Shown here: positions 28,701 to 38,890 of the stretch, in pieces
Layout: each line of letters begins with the position of its first letter
Position numbering within the stretch: the stretch's first letter is position 1
Source: Scyliorhinus canicula
Taxonomy: Eukaryota
Length of the DNA: 64,000 bases
NCBI RefSeq assembly: GCF_902713615.1
Contig: NC_052171.1
Location: 16,961,952 to 17,025,951 of the forward strand
Direction: 5' to 3'
The notes under the pieces: generated by a model
What the model saw: only the letters and a program-made list of their open reading frames with translations
The model's database searches: none
What the model was told of the DNA's origin: nothing
Made by a program: the position numbers and the translations under genes

Positions 28701-31700
28701 AGTACAAGAGCAGGGATGTTGTGCTGTCACTGTATAAATAGTTGGTTAGGGTACGACTGGACTACTGTGTGCAGTTCCGGTCACCACATTATAGGAAGGA
28801 TGTGATTGCACTGGAGAGGGTGCAGAGCACATTTGCCAGGTTGCTGTCTGGGCTGCCAGGAGAGATGGGATAGACTGGGGCGCTTTCCTTGCGCCAAAGG
28901 TTGAAAGAGAACCTTACAGAGATGTATAAGATTATGGGGCCATAGATTGGTTTGACAGGAAAGCACGTAATCCATCAGCAGAGGGTCAATAGCCTGGGGC
29001 ATAGATTTAAGAGAAGAGATAGAAGGTGAAGAGAAGGGAAGAAACATCTTCACCCTCAGAGTCTGAAACTGGCTGCCTGAAAAGGTGGTTAATTCAGGAA
29101 CTCCGGCATCATTGAAGAAGTATTTAGGTACTCTCTTGCGCCGCCATAATTTCCAGGTCAATGGGCCAAGCATTGGAAAATGGGATTCGTGCAATCAAAT
29201 CTTTGTTGACTGGCGTGGGAGCGATGGGCTGAATGGCCTCCTGTGCTGTAAACATCCATGAATCTGAGTGGGGGACAGGGCACAGGATCTCTGGAGAACC
29301 AGCCCACAAGCAATCGGCGCATAAAGAGGATATACAACCCCTCCACATGCTCCGTCATTGAATACAACCATGGCTGCTTGGATCTTGGCCCCAACTCCAC
29401 TTTCCTGTGTGCCCATAACCCTTGACTCCCCTGTATTTCATCATCTAGACTTTCCAACCTGTCCCCGTATCCCTTAATTCCTCTTTTTTTCAGTGTCCAA
29501 AAGGTTATCAGTCTTCATCTTGAGTCTCTTTAGTGATTGAGCAGCAAAATTCAAATATTAGGGTGGCACGGTGGTGCAGTGTCCGTGTGGAGTTTGCACA
29601 TTCTCCCCGTGTCTCCAAACGTCTCAAACCCAGAAGATGTGCAGGGTAGGTCGACTGGCCATGCTCAATTGCCCCTTAATTGAAAAAATTATATATTTTT
29701 AAAAACACAAAATATTCACATATGTGTGAGTTTGGAAATCTTTCCTTCCCATCCAACTCCTGATCCTGAGACTATGCCTCCAACATCTGGACTTTGCAAC
29801 CAGGGACAACGGCCTCTCACAACCAAATCCTGCCGCGTGCTGCATGCATATCAGTGAGATCACTAAACTGAAGAGAATTTTCCTTAAAGTACTGCTCCTT
29901 CATCCCAGAAATTAATCCTGTGAGCCTTGGGTTCAGTCCCTCGAAGGACATCAGGATATGTTCCAACCAAAGCCTGGCATAATAGCAGCTAGACTTCATA
30001 TTCTGAGACTCTAACCCGTTGATTGTTGCAAAGCGGGAAGGTAAAGCAAGGTTTGGGTTCCCACAGTGAAATATCCTGCAGACCGTGCATTCCATTCTCC
30101 ATGAATGGCCACTTGGATCGAAGCAGTGTTGGGAAGTTTGTGCCTGTGGAACCTGTATCCCATTCAGAGATTTTAAAAAAATTTTCAAGTGCCCAAGTGC
30201 CTTTTTATTCCCAATTAAGGGGCAATTTAGCATTGGCCAACCCACCTACCCTGCACATCTTTGGGTTGTGGGGGTGAAACCCACGCAGACACGGGGAGAA
30301 TGAGCAAACTCCACACGGACAGCGACCCAGAGGCGGAATCGAACCTGGGGCCTCGGCGCAGTGAGTTAGCAGTGCTAACCACTGCGCCGCCATGCCGCCC
30401 AGATTCAGAGCTAACATTTGCAAGGGAGGGGCGGCACGGTGGAACAGTGGTTAGCACTGCTGCCTCACGGCATTGAGGACCCAAGTTCGATCCCGGCCCC
30501 GGGTCACTGCCCGTGTGGAGGTTGCTCACTCTGCCCGTGTCTGCGTGGGTTTCGCCCCCACAACACAAAGGTGTGCATGTTAGGTGGATTGGCCACGCTA
30601 AATTGTCCCTTCATTGGAAAAAAAACAAATGGGTACTCTAATTTAAGAATTTAAAAAATTTCCATGGGAGGACTTGGGGGGGGGTAAGAGAGAAGAGGAA
30701 AAGGCAAACTTGTTGAATTTTATTTGACAGTGGAATTAGCCAGCATAAACCTGTGCCAGTCCATCTGCGGTTAGTTTGGAAGTGGCCTCACTGACGAGCA
30801 GCTCCAAGGGCCAATGGCATATTTCTTCAGTTATGGAATAAAAATAACTTTACAGCAGCTTAAATATATATTGAAGGGACAACCTCAAATGCAGAATATC
30901 AGGATGAAAGGGATTTTGAATTCTCGGCTGCTTTTGATGAGGTAAGTGGAGCGGGTGAGAGAAAGTGTTGCCCCTGATCAATGAGCTGGGAAGTCGGAGG
31001 CCATCAGCAGCCTGATGAAGGGAGAAGTCGGGTGAAAATTGTCTGGCTCTTGGATTCCTGGCTACTAATTGCACAGGAAGCAGAACCCCGTCAGCTCAGT
31101 TGGCTGGACGCCTGGTCTGTGACGTGGAGCCACGGCAACAGCCCGGGTTCAGTTCCCCATACCGCCTGAGGTTATCCATGGAGGCCCTGCTTTCTCAACC
31201 TTGTCCCTTGCCTGAAATGTGGTGACCCTCGGGTTAAGTCACCACCAGTCAGCTCTCTCAAAGAGGGGTTGAGCAGCCTCTGGTCCTCAGGGCGTTGTGG
31301 CGACTCTCATTCCAGGGGGTGGGGAAAAGGATTTGAAGAAGAAAAATGAGCCAAACTGTGGGACGGCACGACTCCGGCACGGAAGACTGACATGCGGAGA
31401 GATGGTTCACAGTTGACATCAGGATAATGGGCTGAATAACCTCCTTCTGTGTTGTGAAAAGCTCCAATTCTAAATGAGTATATTGGTTGAGATAGTGGAG
31501 GGTCCTGAGAATATCTCCAGGAGCCATACAAGAAGGTTACAGAAAGCGTAATTGTGGTATCTTTCAATTTCCAGTTGCCTTGCTGTGCATTTCTGTTTCT
31601 CAATATGTCTCTCTTCCCCCTTTTAGGGAGGGATTGCCTTTGTTGCTATCAAAGGGGCTTTAAAGGTTTACTTCAGACAACAGCAATATCTGATGCAGGC

Positions 31701-31785
31701 AAATCGCCGGATTCTGAACTACCCTGAGCGGGAAGATGAGCAGGAAGAGCTGCAGGCAGGCTATGAGGACTCTGGCAGTGACTGA
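16762..31785 (+). CDS. marchf5l: MARCHF5/MITOL-like RING-CH E3 ubiquitin ligase; complete 6-exon CDS, 292 aa
   Basis: Exons 16762-16796, 17869-18071, 20489-20619, 21656-21839, 23149-23315 and 31627-31785 are all GT-AG and sum to 879 nt. RING-CH domain CWVC...CRCKGSTKWIHQAC...CPQC plus TM segments. The paralogue (5-like) label is inferred from divergence, the acidic C-terminal extension and the ACTR1B neighbour. Confidence 0.9.
16958..17057. other. Assembly gap (100 N) flanked by C-rich low-complexity sequence
   Basis: N run; poly-C on the left and CCTCAT/CCCC repeats on the right. Confidence 0.99.
17211..17390 (+). mobile_element. tRNA SINE, (TTTCA)n-tailed family
   Basis: CTGGTTTAGCTCAC..GGTTCAATTCCC..GGGGCTTTTCACAGTAAC. 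Confidence 0.8.
17869..18071 (+). CDS. marchf5l: MARCHF5-like exon 2 (RING-CH domain)
   Basis: 203 nt, NCWVCFATDLDDRSAEWVSPCRCKGSTKWIHQACLQRW...FPKL. Confidence 0.95.
18816..18854 (-). ncRNA. Minimal type I hammerhead ribozyme motif (U3-A8 variant, GUC triplet)
   Basis: AGCU-UUGACAA-U-GGGUC-AUCUG-GACUC-GAAAC-GUC-AGCU. Confidence 0.55.
18851..18889 (+). ncRNA. Minimal type I hammerhead ribozyme motif (U3-A8 variant, GUU triplet)
   Basis: AGCU-UUGACAA-A-GAGUC-ACCUG-GACUC-GAAAC-GUU-AGCU. Confidence 0.5.
19043..19383 (-). mobile_element. HE1-type V-SINE nested in an older short SINE
   Basis: Near-identical to 7267-7612; host halves at ~19000-19042 and ~19385-19480. Confidence 0.85.
20489..20619 (+). 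CDS. marchf5l: MARCHF5-like exon 3 (PVVYSLHQVDR...GAVTVMQ)
   Basis: 131 nt, TCAG acceptor, GT donor. Confidence 0.95.
20932..21160 (+). mobile_element. Short V-domain SINE, poly-A tail
   Basis: Same family as 5743-5968. Confidence 0.85.
21656..21839 (+). CDS. marchf5l: MARCHF5-like exon 4 (VVGHKKGLDLMERADP...SNIFP)
   Basis: 184 nt, GCAG acceptor, GTGAGA donor. Confidence 0.95.
22651..23137. mobile_element. (ATT)n-tailed SINE (+) with a nested short SINE (-, 22955-23103)
   Basis: Host tail resumes at ~23108-23137. Confidence 0.75.
23149..23315 (+). CDS. marchf5l: MARCHF5-like exon 5 (FGCPVPRVPAE...NSNLQRTIL)
   Basis: 167 nt, ACAG acceptor, GTGAGT donor; absent from the ORF track. Confidence 0.95.
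23400..24545. mobile_element. CR1-group LINE 3' portion with a short inverted 5' segment
   Basis: Minus 23542->23400 encodes ...SIIRSQVGMFADD; plus from ~23543 continues VQMQLYLDNVQALADK to the tail. Confidence 0.7.
23986..24182 (+). mobile_element. Short solo LTR (197 bp) inserted into a LINE
   Basis: TGTTAG...CTTACA termini, 5-bp TSD AGTGG/AGTAG, internal AATAAA; the host LINE resumes after it. Confidence 0.6.
26170..26398 (+). mobile_element. Short V-domain SINE inside CR1
   Basis: Family consensus match. Confidence 0.85.
26565..26755 (+). mobile_element. tRNA SINE, (TTTCA)n-tailed family, inside CR1
   Basis: Family match; short TATTAG direct repeat at the ends. Confidence 0.8.
28690..29260 (+). 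mobile_element. CR1 3' fragment
   Basis: YCVQFRSPHYRKDV.ALERVQ motif and tail. Confidence 0.7.
30170..30660. mobile_element. Head-to-head inverted pair of short V-domain SINEs
   Basis: Minus ~30170-30400 and plus ~30428-30660. Confidence 0.85.
31085..31310 (+). mobile_element. Further tRNA-head SINE-like element
   Basis: AGCTCAGTTGG (A box) ... GGGTTCAGTTCC (B box) followed by an unrelated body. Confidence 0.5.
31627..31785 (+). CDS. marchf5l: MARCHF5-like exon 6 (GGIAFVAIKG...NYPEREDEQEELQAGYEDSGSD*)
   Basis: Long pyrimidine tract and TTAG acceptor; TGA at 31783-31785. Confidence 0.95.
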   Translation, partial: GGIAFVAIKGALKVYFRQQQYLMQANRRILNYPEREDEQEELQAGYEDSGSD

Positions 31786-32907
31786 AGCAGCGATGGAGGG
31801 CATGAACGGCTGAGATATGAGCAGGTGCTGTGCTAAGATGGACTGTTTCCTCTTCCTCCTCTCCAGCCCACCGGAACTGGCACCGGACATAATCCCACTC
31901 GGGATTGTCATGACATTCGCAGACAGCCAAGCGCCGGGTGGGAATCCAGCCACAGATGTGCTGATCCAGCTCCCATCAGTTTTTTTTTTTGTTGAAACCT
32001 TGACTTAACATGTCTCGTCCTAATCAGTTGCTCTTCAATTATTTTTGCTGTTTTGTTCATCTCATTTATTTTTTTCATGTTTGAAACTACTGCCACTCAG
32101 TACATCCCTGCCAAGAGGCCTCCATCCTGAGCAGTACCTTGGGAGTGCTGCACCATGTCATGGCAGGATATGGCTCGGCAGATGCCACACTCCTGCCGCT
32201 TCCAGGCAGAGACTGGGCGTGCCCTCACCACAGGTGATGAACTATTACGGGACGCAGTGCTCTGCTGAATTTGCGTCCCGTTGTGGCTGTATCAAAGCTG
32301 GGACATCCGGTATTCCCGACAACATTCTCGTGCTTATTTTTCTGAGGAGGAGACAGCACTCGATCTCGGCTCAGCCAATCGCCCACTGCTGAGCATCCGA
32401 AGAAGAGATGCAAGAGGAGCAGCAGATTTGCCAACAGTGAAGTGCACGTGGGGGGGGTCTGCTGCGATTTCCCCAGCCCTTGTCATTGGATCAAACCCGC
32501 GGAGATTTTTCCGTTCACTAATAATCCTTTTGCCACAACCTGCGATCGGGCCATAAGGAGGCACAGAAATGTAGTGACAAGTTAAAGTCGAGGTTTAACT
32601 AGAGCTTCACCAGCTTTTAGCCTGAGCAGAGTTTTCTGTGCCCATTGCATGTGACTAAAATAGGCACATCCAAATAAGGTGACTTGATTTTATAAATATA
32701 TATTTAAAATTAGGATATTTTAGATCACATTTTTTTTTCTACCCACAGGAAATAATTTATTTTTAATGGATCTTGTTTTTCTCTCTGCGGTGGGTGGTAG
32801 CCATCATAATTGCGTTTAAATTTGCATTTTGCTTTCTAATTTATGCACAGCTATTTGGAATAATTAAACTGGAAGAAAAAGACAGGGATTCTCGATAAAT
32901 GTAACTG

Positions 32908-32913
32908 AATAAA
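32908..32913 (+). terminator. MARCHF5-like polyadenylation signal AATAAA
   Basis: End of an AU-rich 3' UTR, followed by GU-rich sequence. Confidence 0.7.
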
Positions 32914-35120
32914 GATGCCAGCTCCGAATTGTTGCTGCCTTCTCATTCTGGTAAATGCCAGTCAGCCACAGGGAGCATTGCTGAACCCTCCGGTTTTTTG
33001 GTGTGTTTTATTTCTGTGTGAATTTCAAAACCTCCACTCACTCTGCCATGCACGTACACCGGTTATTTTACGGTAACTGTGCCAGCCTGACTGGTCTCGA
33101 GTGACTTGGAGTGCTTGTTGTCTGATAGGGCTGTTGTGTTCCCTGCAGCCTGTCATTCTGCTCCCAAACCAGCTAATTGTCGGGACACCACTAGAAGGAC
33201 ACAACCATGCAGACGTGAGACATGTGCCACCAACAACCCTCTGTTCTTCTCCCAATTCTAGCTTGCATATTCCTTTGGAGACTGTGCTTTCAGCTGCCGA
33301 GGCCCTGAGCTCTGGAATTCACTCCCTGAACCCCTCCGGCTCTCCCACCTCTCCTTTAAGAGAGGCTCCTTGAACCCTCCCTCTTTTACCAAGCTAATGT
33401 TCATCTGCCATCACATCATCTTCTGGGTTTGGTGTCGGATTTTGTTTAGTGTTACTGTGTCGTGCCTTGGGACGTTTTACTACGTTAAGAGGTGCTTTCT
33501 GAAAGCAAGTTGCTGTTGTTGTACGTCAATGGGGCACTTTGCTTTCCCTGTAGCTGTAATAACTTCTGACTATTAAACTTTGGAAACTGCACGTCAGCAG
33601 GGCTATCATTTGATGGGATTGCCTATCCCACAGTCCTTAATGTTAAATATGATGGTGACCTTTGGTTTGAGTATTGGTTTCCAAACCTTGGGACACTGAA
33701 ATATTCCATCAGTTTCTTTTAGTTTAATGCTCACCATTACCAAGACATTTGTGGACCCTTCAGTCCAGAGTTGGAAACCCGCAGAACGAATGATGTGTCT
33801 GAACTTTGTTGGAAACTGAGCATGGGTGGATGTTGTTCAGTGAAAATATTGAGCTTGGATATGATTCACTGTGACCAGATACCTTCCGCGCTGTCAAGGT
33901 GTGCAAGTCAAGTGTGGTCATTGTCGCTGAACGTACTGGATGCCTGAGCAAGGAGATGAAACCGAAAAACTCACCAAGGTTTTCACCAGTCCTCTGACCT
34001 AACTGTTTCCTCCTTCCGGATATGAATTTGATGGGGGTGCTTCTGAGCTCCTGAGATTAACTTGAGCTCCATTTCTATCCATGCCGAGGGGGCTTAATTT
34101 GACATGTGGTACTTTGCCAGCCTCTGTCCTTCCAAACCACCACCATTGAAATGCGTGTTGCATCATTGTTGCAGAGCAGAAGGAGGCCATTCGGCCCACT
34201 GTCTCCACACCAGCCCCCTGAATGAACAGTTCACAGTGCCATTCTCCAGCCTTGTCCCCATGGTTCAGCATATTGTTTCTTTTCAGAAAACAGTCTGATT
34301 CCCCTTTTAATGCTTCAATTGAACCTCCTTCCACCACACTCCGTGCGGCTGAGCATTCAGACCGTTACAGCTTGCTGCGGGGAAATCTTTTTCCTCATCG
34401 CTTTTGCCACTCATCAGTTGCTTTAAATCCGTGCCTTGTCCTTCTCGATCCTTGCACGAGTAGCAACAATTTCTCACTATCTGCACTGTCCAGACCCCTC
34501 ATCATTTTGAATACCTCATTATTTATCTTTTTGTTCTCTTTTTGTTCATCTCCTCTCTGACTCCCTAATCTCCCCTCTCCACAACCAGCAGCTCACCCAG
34601 GGATTCACTGCCTGTGTTGTACTACAGAATAAGTCTCTCTAGCTCAAACCTCACCTTGCTGAACCTCTTGCACTCGACTTGATTTCCCCCAAATTCTGTT
34701 GTACTTAAAATCCCCACCTGCTCGGCCATCACTCCGACTGTTGTTCATCTTCTTTGGCTTCTGGTCTCCAAACAAAATGAACAATTTAAAGTTCTCATTA
34801 TTTGACTCTCAGATCACTCCACGGGCTTGCTTCTTGTAATTCTGCAACCCTCTCAGTATTGGCTCCTTCCCCACCCAAAAGAACAGACTATTTATCTCTG
34901 ATTCTGGCTTCTCACTGCACCCCCCCCCCCCGCATCACTGCACAATTAGCAACCAGCCCCTCAAGCAGTCGATGCTCCAGGCTCTGGAATTTCTTCTATA
35001 AACCCTCTGCTACTGTCACCTTTCAGTTGAAAAAAATAATTGCTTCTTTTATCAAACTTCCAGTTGTGCATACTTTGGCATGATGTCCATTTTGACTGTG
35101 TCAAGTGCCTTGTGCATTTT

Positions 35121-35412
35121 TGGTAGCACAGTGGTTATCACTATTGCTTCACAGCACCAGGGTCCCAGGTTCGATTCTAGGCTTGTGTCACTGTCTGCAC
35201 GTTTTCCCCGTATTTGCGTGGGATTCCTCCGGGCGCTCCAGTTTCCTCCCACAAGCCCCGAAAGACGTGCTGTTAGGTGAATTGGACATTCTGAATTCTC
35301 CCTCTGTGTACCCGAACAGGCGCCAGAATGTGGCGACTTGGGGCTTTCCACAGTAACTTCATTGCAGTGTTAATCTAAACCTACTTGTGACAATTATAAA
35401 GATTATTATTAT
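35121..35412 (+). mobile_element. (ATT)n-tailed SINE
   Basis: Same family as 4384-4650. Confidence 0.8.
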
Positions 35413-35929
35413 AGGAGAGATGGTGAGCTCCTGGTAATGTCACTGGACCTGGAAATCAGGAGGATCATTCTCTGGGGACTTGGGATCAAATCCCATCAAA
35501 GCAGCTGGTGGGATTTTCAACGAATCAACCTGGAATATAAATTTGGCTCAGTTACGGTGACCATTAAACTGTCATTCGATTGTTGGAAAAAAAAACATCT
35601 GGTTCACTAAAGTCCTTTGGGGAAGGAAATCTGCCATCCTTACCGGGTCTGGCCTACATGTGTGATGACATGTCACACAGCAGTGTGGCTGTCTTCTACG
35701 TGCCCTCTGAAACGCCCTCTGAGCCGCTCAGCTCAAGGGCAACAAATGCTGGCCCTCCCAGTGACGCCCGTATCCAGTGAAAGAATAAAGACAAAAAAAA
35801 AGACCGACGAGAAAAGCATTTAGTATATCATTAGTCACTCCCCGTCCGAACTCAGTGTCCGTTTAGCCCTTTGCATTGAGCTGTAAGCTGAAGGAATAGG
35901 GGAGACACTGAGATTGGCGAGAGATCGAA

Positions 35930-36530
35930 CGATGATGCAATTGTATAAGGTGTTAGTGTGGCCACACCTGGAGTATTGTGTTCAGTTTTGGTCTCCTTAC
36001 TTGAGAAAGGACGTACTGGCGCTGGAGGGTGTGCAGAGGAGATTCACTTAGGTTAATCCCAGAGCTGAAGGGGTTGGATTATGAGGAGAGGTTGAGTAGA
36101 CTGGGACTGTACTCGTTGGAATTTAGAAGGATGAGGGGGGATCTTATAGAAACATTTAAAATTATGAAGGGAATAGATAAGATAGATGCGGGCAGGTTGT
36201 TTCCACTGGCGGGTGACAGCAGAACTAGGGGGACATAGCCTCAAAATAAGGGGAAGTAGATTTAGGACTGAGTTTAGGAGGAGCTTCTTCACCCAAAGGG
36301 TTGTGAATCTATGGAATTCCTTGCCCAGTAAAGCAGTTGAGGCTCCTTCATTGCATGTTTTTAAGGTAAAGATAGATAGTTTTTTGAAGAATAAAGGGAT
36401 TAAGGGTTATGGTGTTCGGGCCGGAAAGTGGAGCTGAGTCCACAAAAGATCAGCCATGATCCAATTGAATGGCGGAGCAGGCTCGAGGGGCCAGATGGCC
36501 TACTCCTGCTCCTAGTTCTTATGTTCTTAT
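35930..36530 (+). mobile_element. CR1 3' fragment
   Basis: YEERLSRLGLYSLEFRRMRGDLIETFK, FFTQRVVNLWNSLP. Confidence 0.85.
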
Positions 36531-37315
36531 TATGAGAAATCCCTCAGAGCAGGAGGAACGGGAGGACAATGCAAATTTCACGTAAATAACTGGAAAGCAT
36601 GTCACAAGTCACATCGACAGCTCGGTTTCAGTATTACGTGTCACAGATTGACGGATGTGTAGTTGTAGTGAGACTCTCATTGTACCCACTGACACTATAT
36701 TTAAAACTTGTGGCATTTTGTGGGTAGAGAAGGTTTTTTTTCTGGCTCCTCTTTGGCCACACCTGCTGTCAAGTTTCAGCATCTCTCATTTGTCATCACT
36801 ATCCTCCCCCCCCTCCCCCCCCCCCTCCCCCCCTGTGTAATGGGTTCACTGTTGCTGCTGTCTGCATCCCTCACAGCAAAGATATTTTATTGCAGTGAGT
36901 CACCCACAATTGAGCATCATTGACAATTTTGTGGAGGAAAATGTCCCGGGTCTGATTCCTGGAAGTTTTGCTCTGATTCTGGTTCCGTGTGCTGTTATTC
37001 TTTGTGCTTGGTTAATTGCTTCTCCATCTAAGGTCTGATCTTGTGAGTAAATTGGCAGCGTGTGAAATGGTGCATGCTTTCGTGAATGTGCCAATCTGTC
37101 AGCAAGTTCCCAGGGATCGAGTGATACACCCTGATCACCTTTACAATTATTCTTCACTTTTCATCTGTCGTTTTTTTGCTTTCCCTGAATCCGATCTTTC
37201 TTTCCCCCACTATTTCTGTTTCATGCTCCTCAATCATGCCTCGGTTTCCCCCTCGTAATCCTTCAGTCCCGTTGCTTCATTTGCCGGCTGTTGTTGGGCA
37301 GAAAGATTGAAAGAT

Positions 37316-37658
37316 CATAGAACATAGAACAGTACAGCACAGAACAGGCCCTTCGGCCCTCAATGTTGTGCCGAGCAATGATCACCCTACTCAAACTCAC
37401 GTATCCACCCTATACCCGTAACCCAACAACCCCCCCCTTAACCTTACCTTTTAGGACACTACGGGCAATTTATCACGGCCAATCCACCTAACCTGCACAT
37501 CTTTGGACTGTGGGACGAAACCGGAGCACCCGGAGGAAACCCACGCAGACACGGGGAGGACATGCAGACTCCGCACAGACAGTGACCCAGCCGGGAATCG
37601 AACCTGGGACCCTGGAGCTGTGAAGCATTTATGCTAACCACCATGCTACCGTGCTGCC
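37316..37658 (-). mobile_element. HE1-type V-SINE
   Basis: Near-identical to 7267-7612. Confidence 0.85.
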
Positions 37659-38009
37659 AGGATAGGTACAGAGAAAATGTTTTCATGGTCGCAGGTATGA
37701 AATAGTCACTGATAGATTCAACAGGGGGTTGAGAGAAACTTGCTTACCCTGAGAGGAGGCGGAAGGTGGAACTCACTACCACAGGGAATTGTTGAGAAGG
37801 TAGTATGTGTGTATTTAAAGGATACACAGAATAGAAACCTCAGGGAGAAAGGAGTAGAGAGATATGCTGACTGGGTGAGATGAAGTAGGATGGCGGAGTT
37901 AAATGATCAGCTCCTGGACAGAATTGCTTGTTGTTGTGCTGTACCATTAGAAGTAATTCACCATGGAGATCATGGGTCTGCATGTGTTCACTGAAGAATG
38001 GTGAAATAT

Positions 38010-38430
38010 AACCTTGGAATCAATCTCGTGAACCTCCTCTTCAGATGCCGCCAATGCAACTATATCCCTCCTCAAATAAGGGGACCAAAGCTGCACAGAG
38101 GACTTCAGGTGCAGTCTCACCAGTACCTCGTACAGTTGCAGCAACCCTTCCCTTCTTTTATACTCTATTCCTTCAGCCAGAAATGCCAGAATTCCATCTG
38201 CCTTATTACCTGTATGCTAGTTCTCTGAGATTCATGCACGAGGACATCCAGATCCCTTTGAACCAAAGCACTCGAATGTTTCTCTCTATTTAGATTCTCA
38301 GTTGCCTTTCTTTTTCCTGACCAAAGTGGATCACCTCATACTTATCCACGATAAACCCCAATAATTCAAATTTTGGCCCACTCACCTAACTCTATTAGTA
38401 TTTGACTCACCTAACCCATCCATATCCATG
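38010..38430 (-). mobile_element. CR1 fragment
   Basis: LQLYEVLVRLHLKSSVQLWSPYLRRD. Confidence 0.65.
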
Positions 38431-38529
38431 ACATCCCGCTGCTAATTACAAACCTGTCCATCTCCTGCATAAATTTGTTTCGTGTTCGAGTGTGCACTGC
38501 ACGTTGAGGGAGAGAATTGCACACAATCA

Positions 38530-38727
38530 TTTTAAAAAAAAATTCCAATTAAGGGGCAATTTAGCATGGTCCAATCCACCTACCCTGCAGGTTTTGGGGG
38601 TGAAACCCATGCAAACAAGGGGAGAAATTGCAAACTCCGCACGGACAGTGACCCAGAGCCAGGGTCGAACCTGGGACCTCGGCACCGTGAGGTACTAGTG
38701 CTAACCACTACACCACCGGGCTGCCCT
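38530..38727 (-). mobile_element. Short V-domain SINE
   Basis: Family match. Confidence 0.8.
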
Positions 38728-38890
38728 GAATTACACACATTCGTGACCCTTTGCATGAAATCATTCCTTTGTATTTGTGTTTTAAATCTGGCACCCCTTA
38801 TCCTAAAACAATGGCCTCTCATTCTCCAATATCCAACAAAGGGAAACACCCAGAGTACTTGTACTATCACCTTGCTATTAGTAGGAGCTT

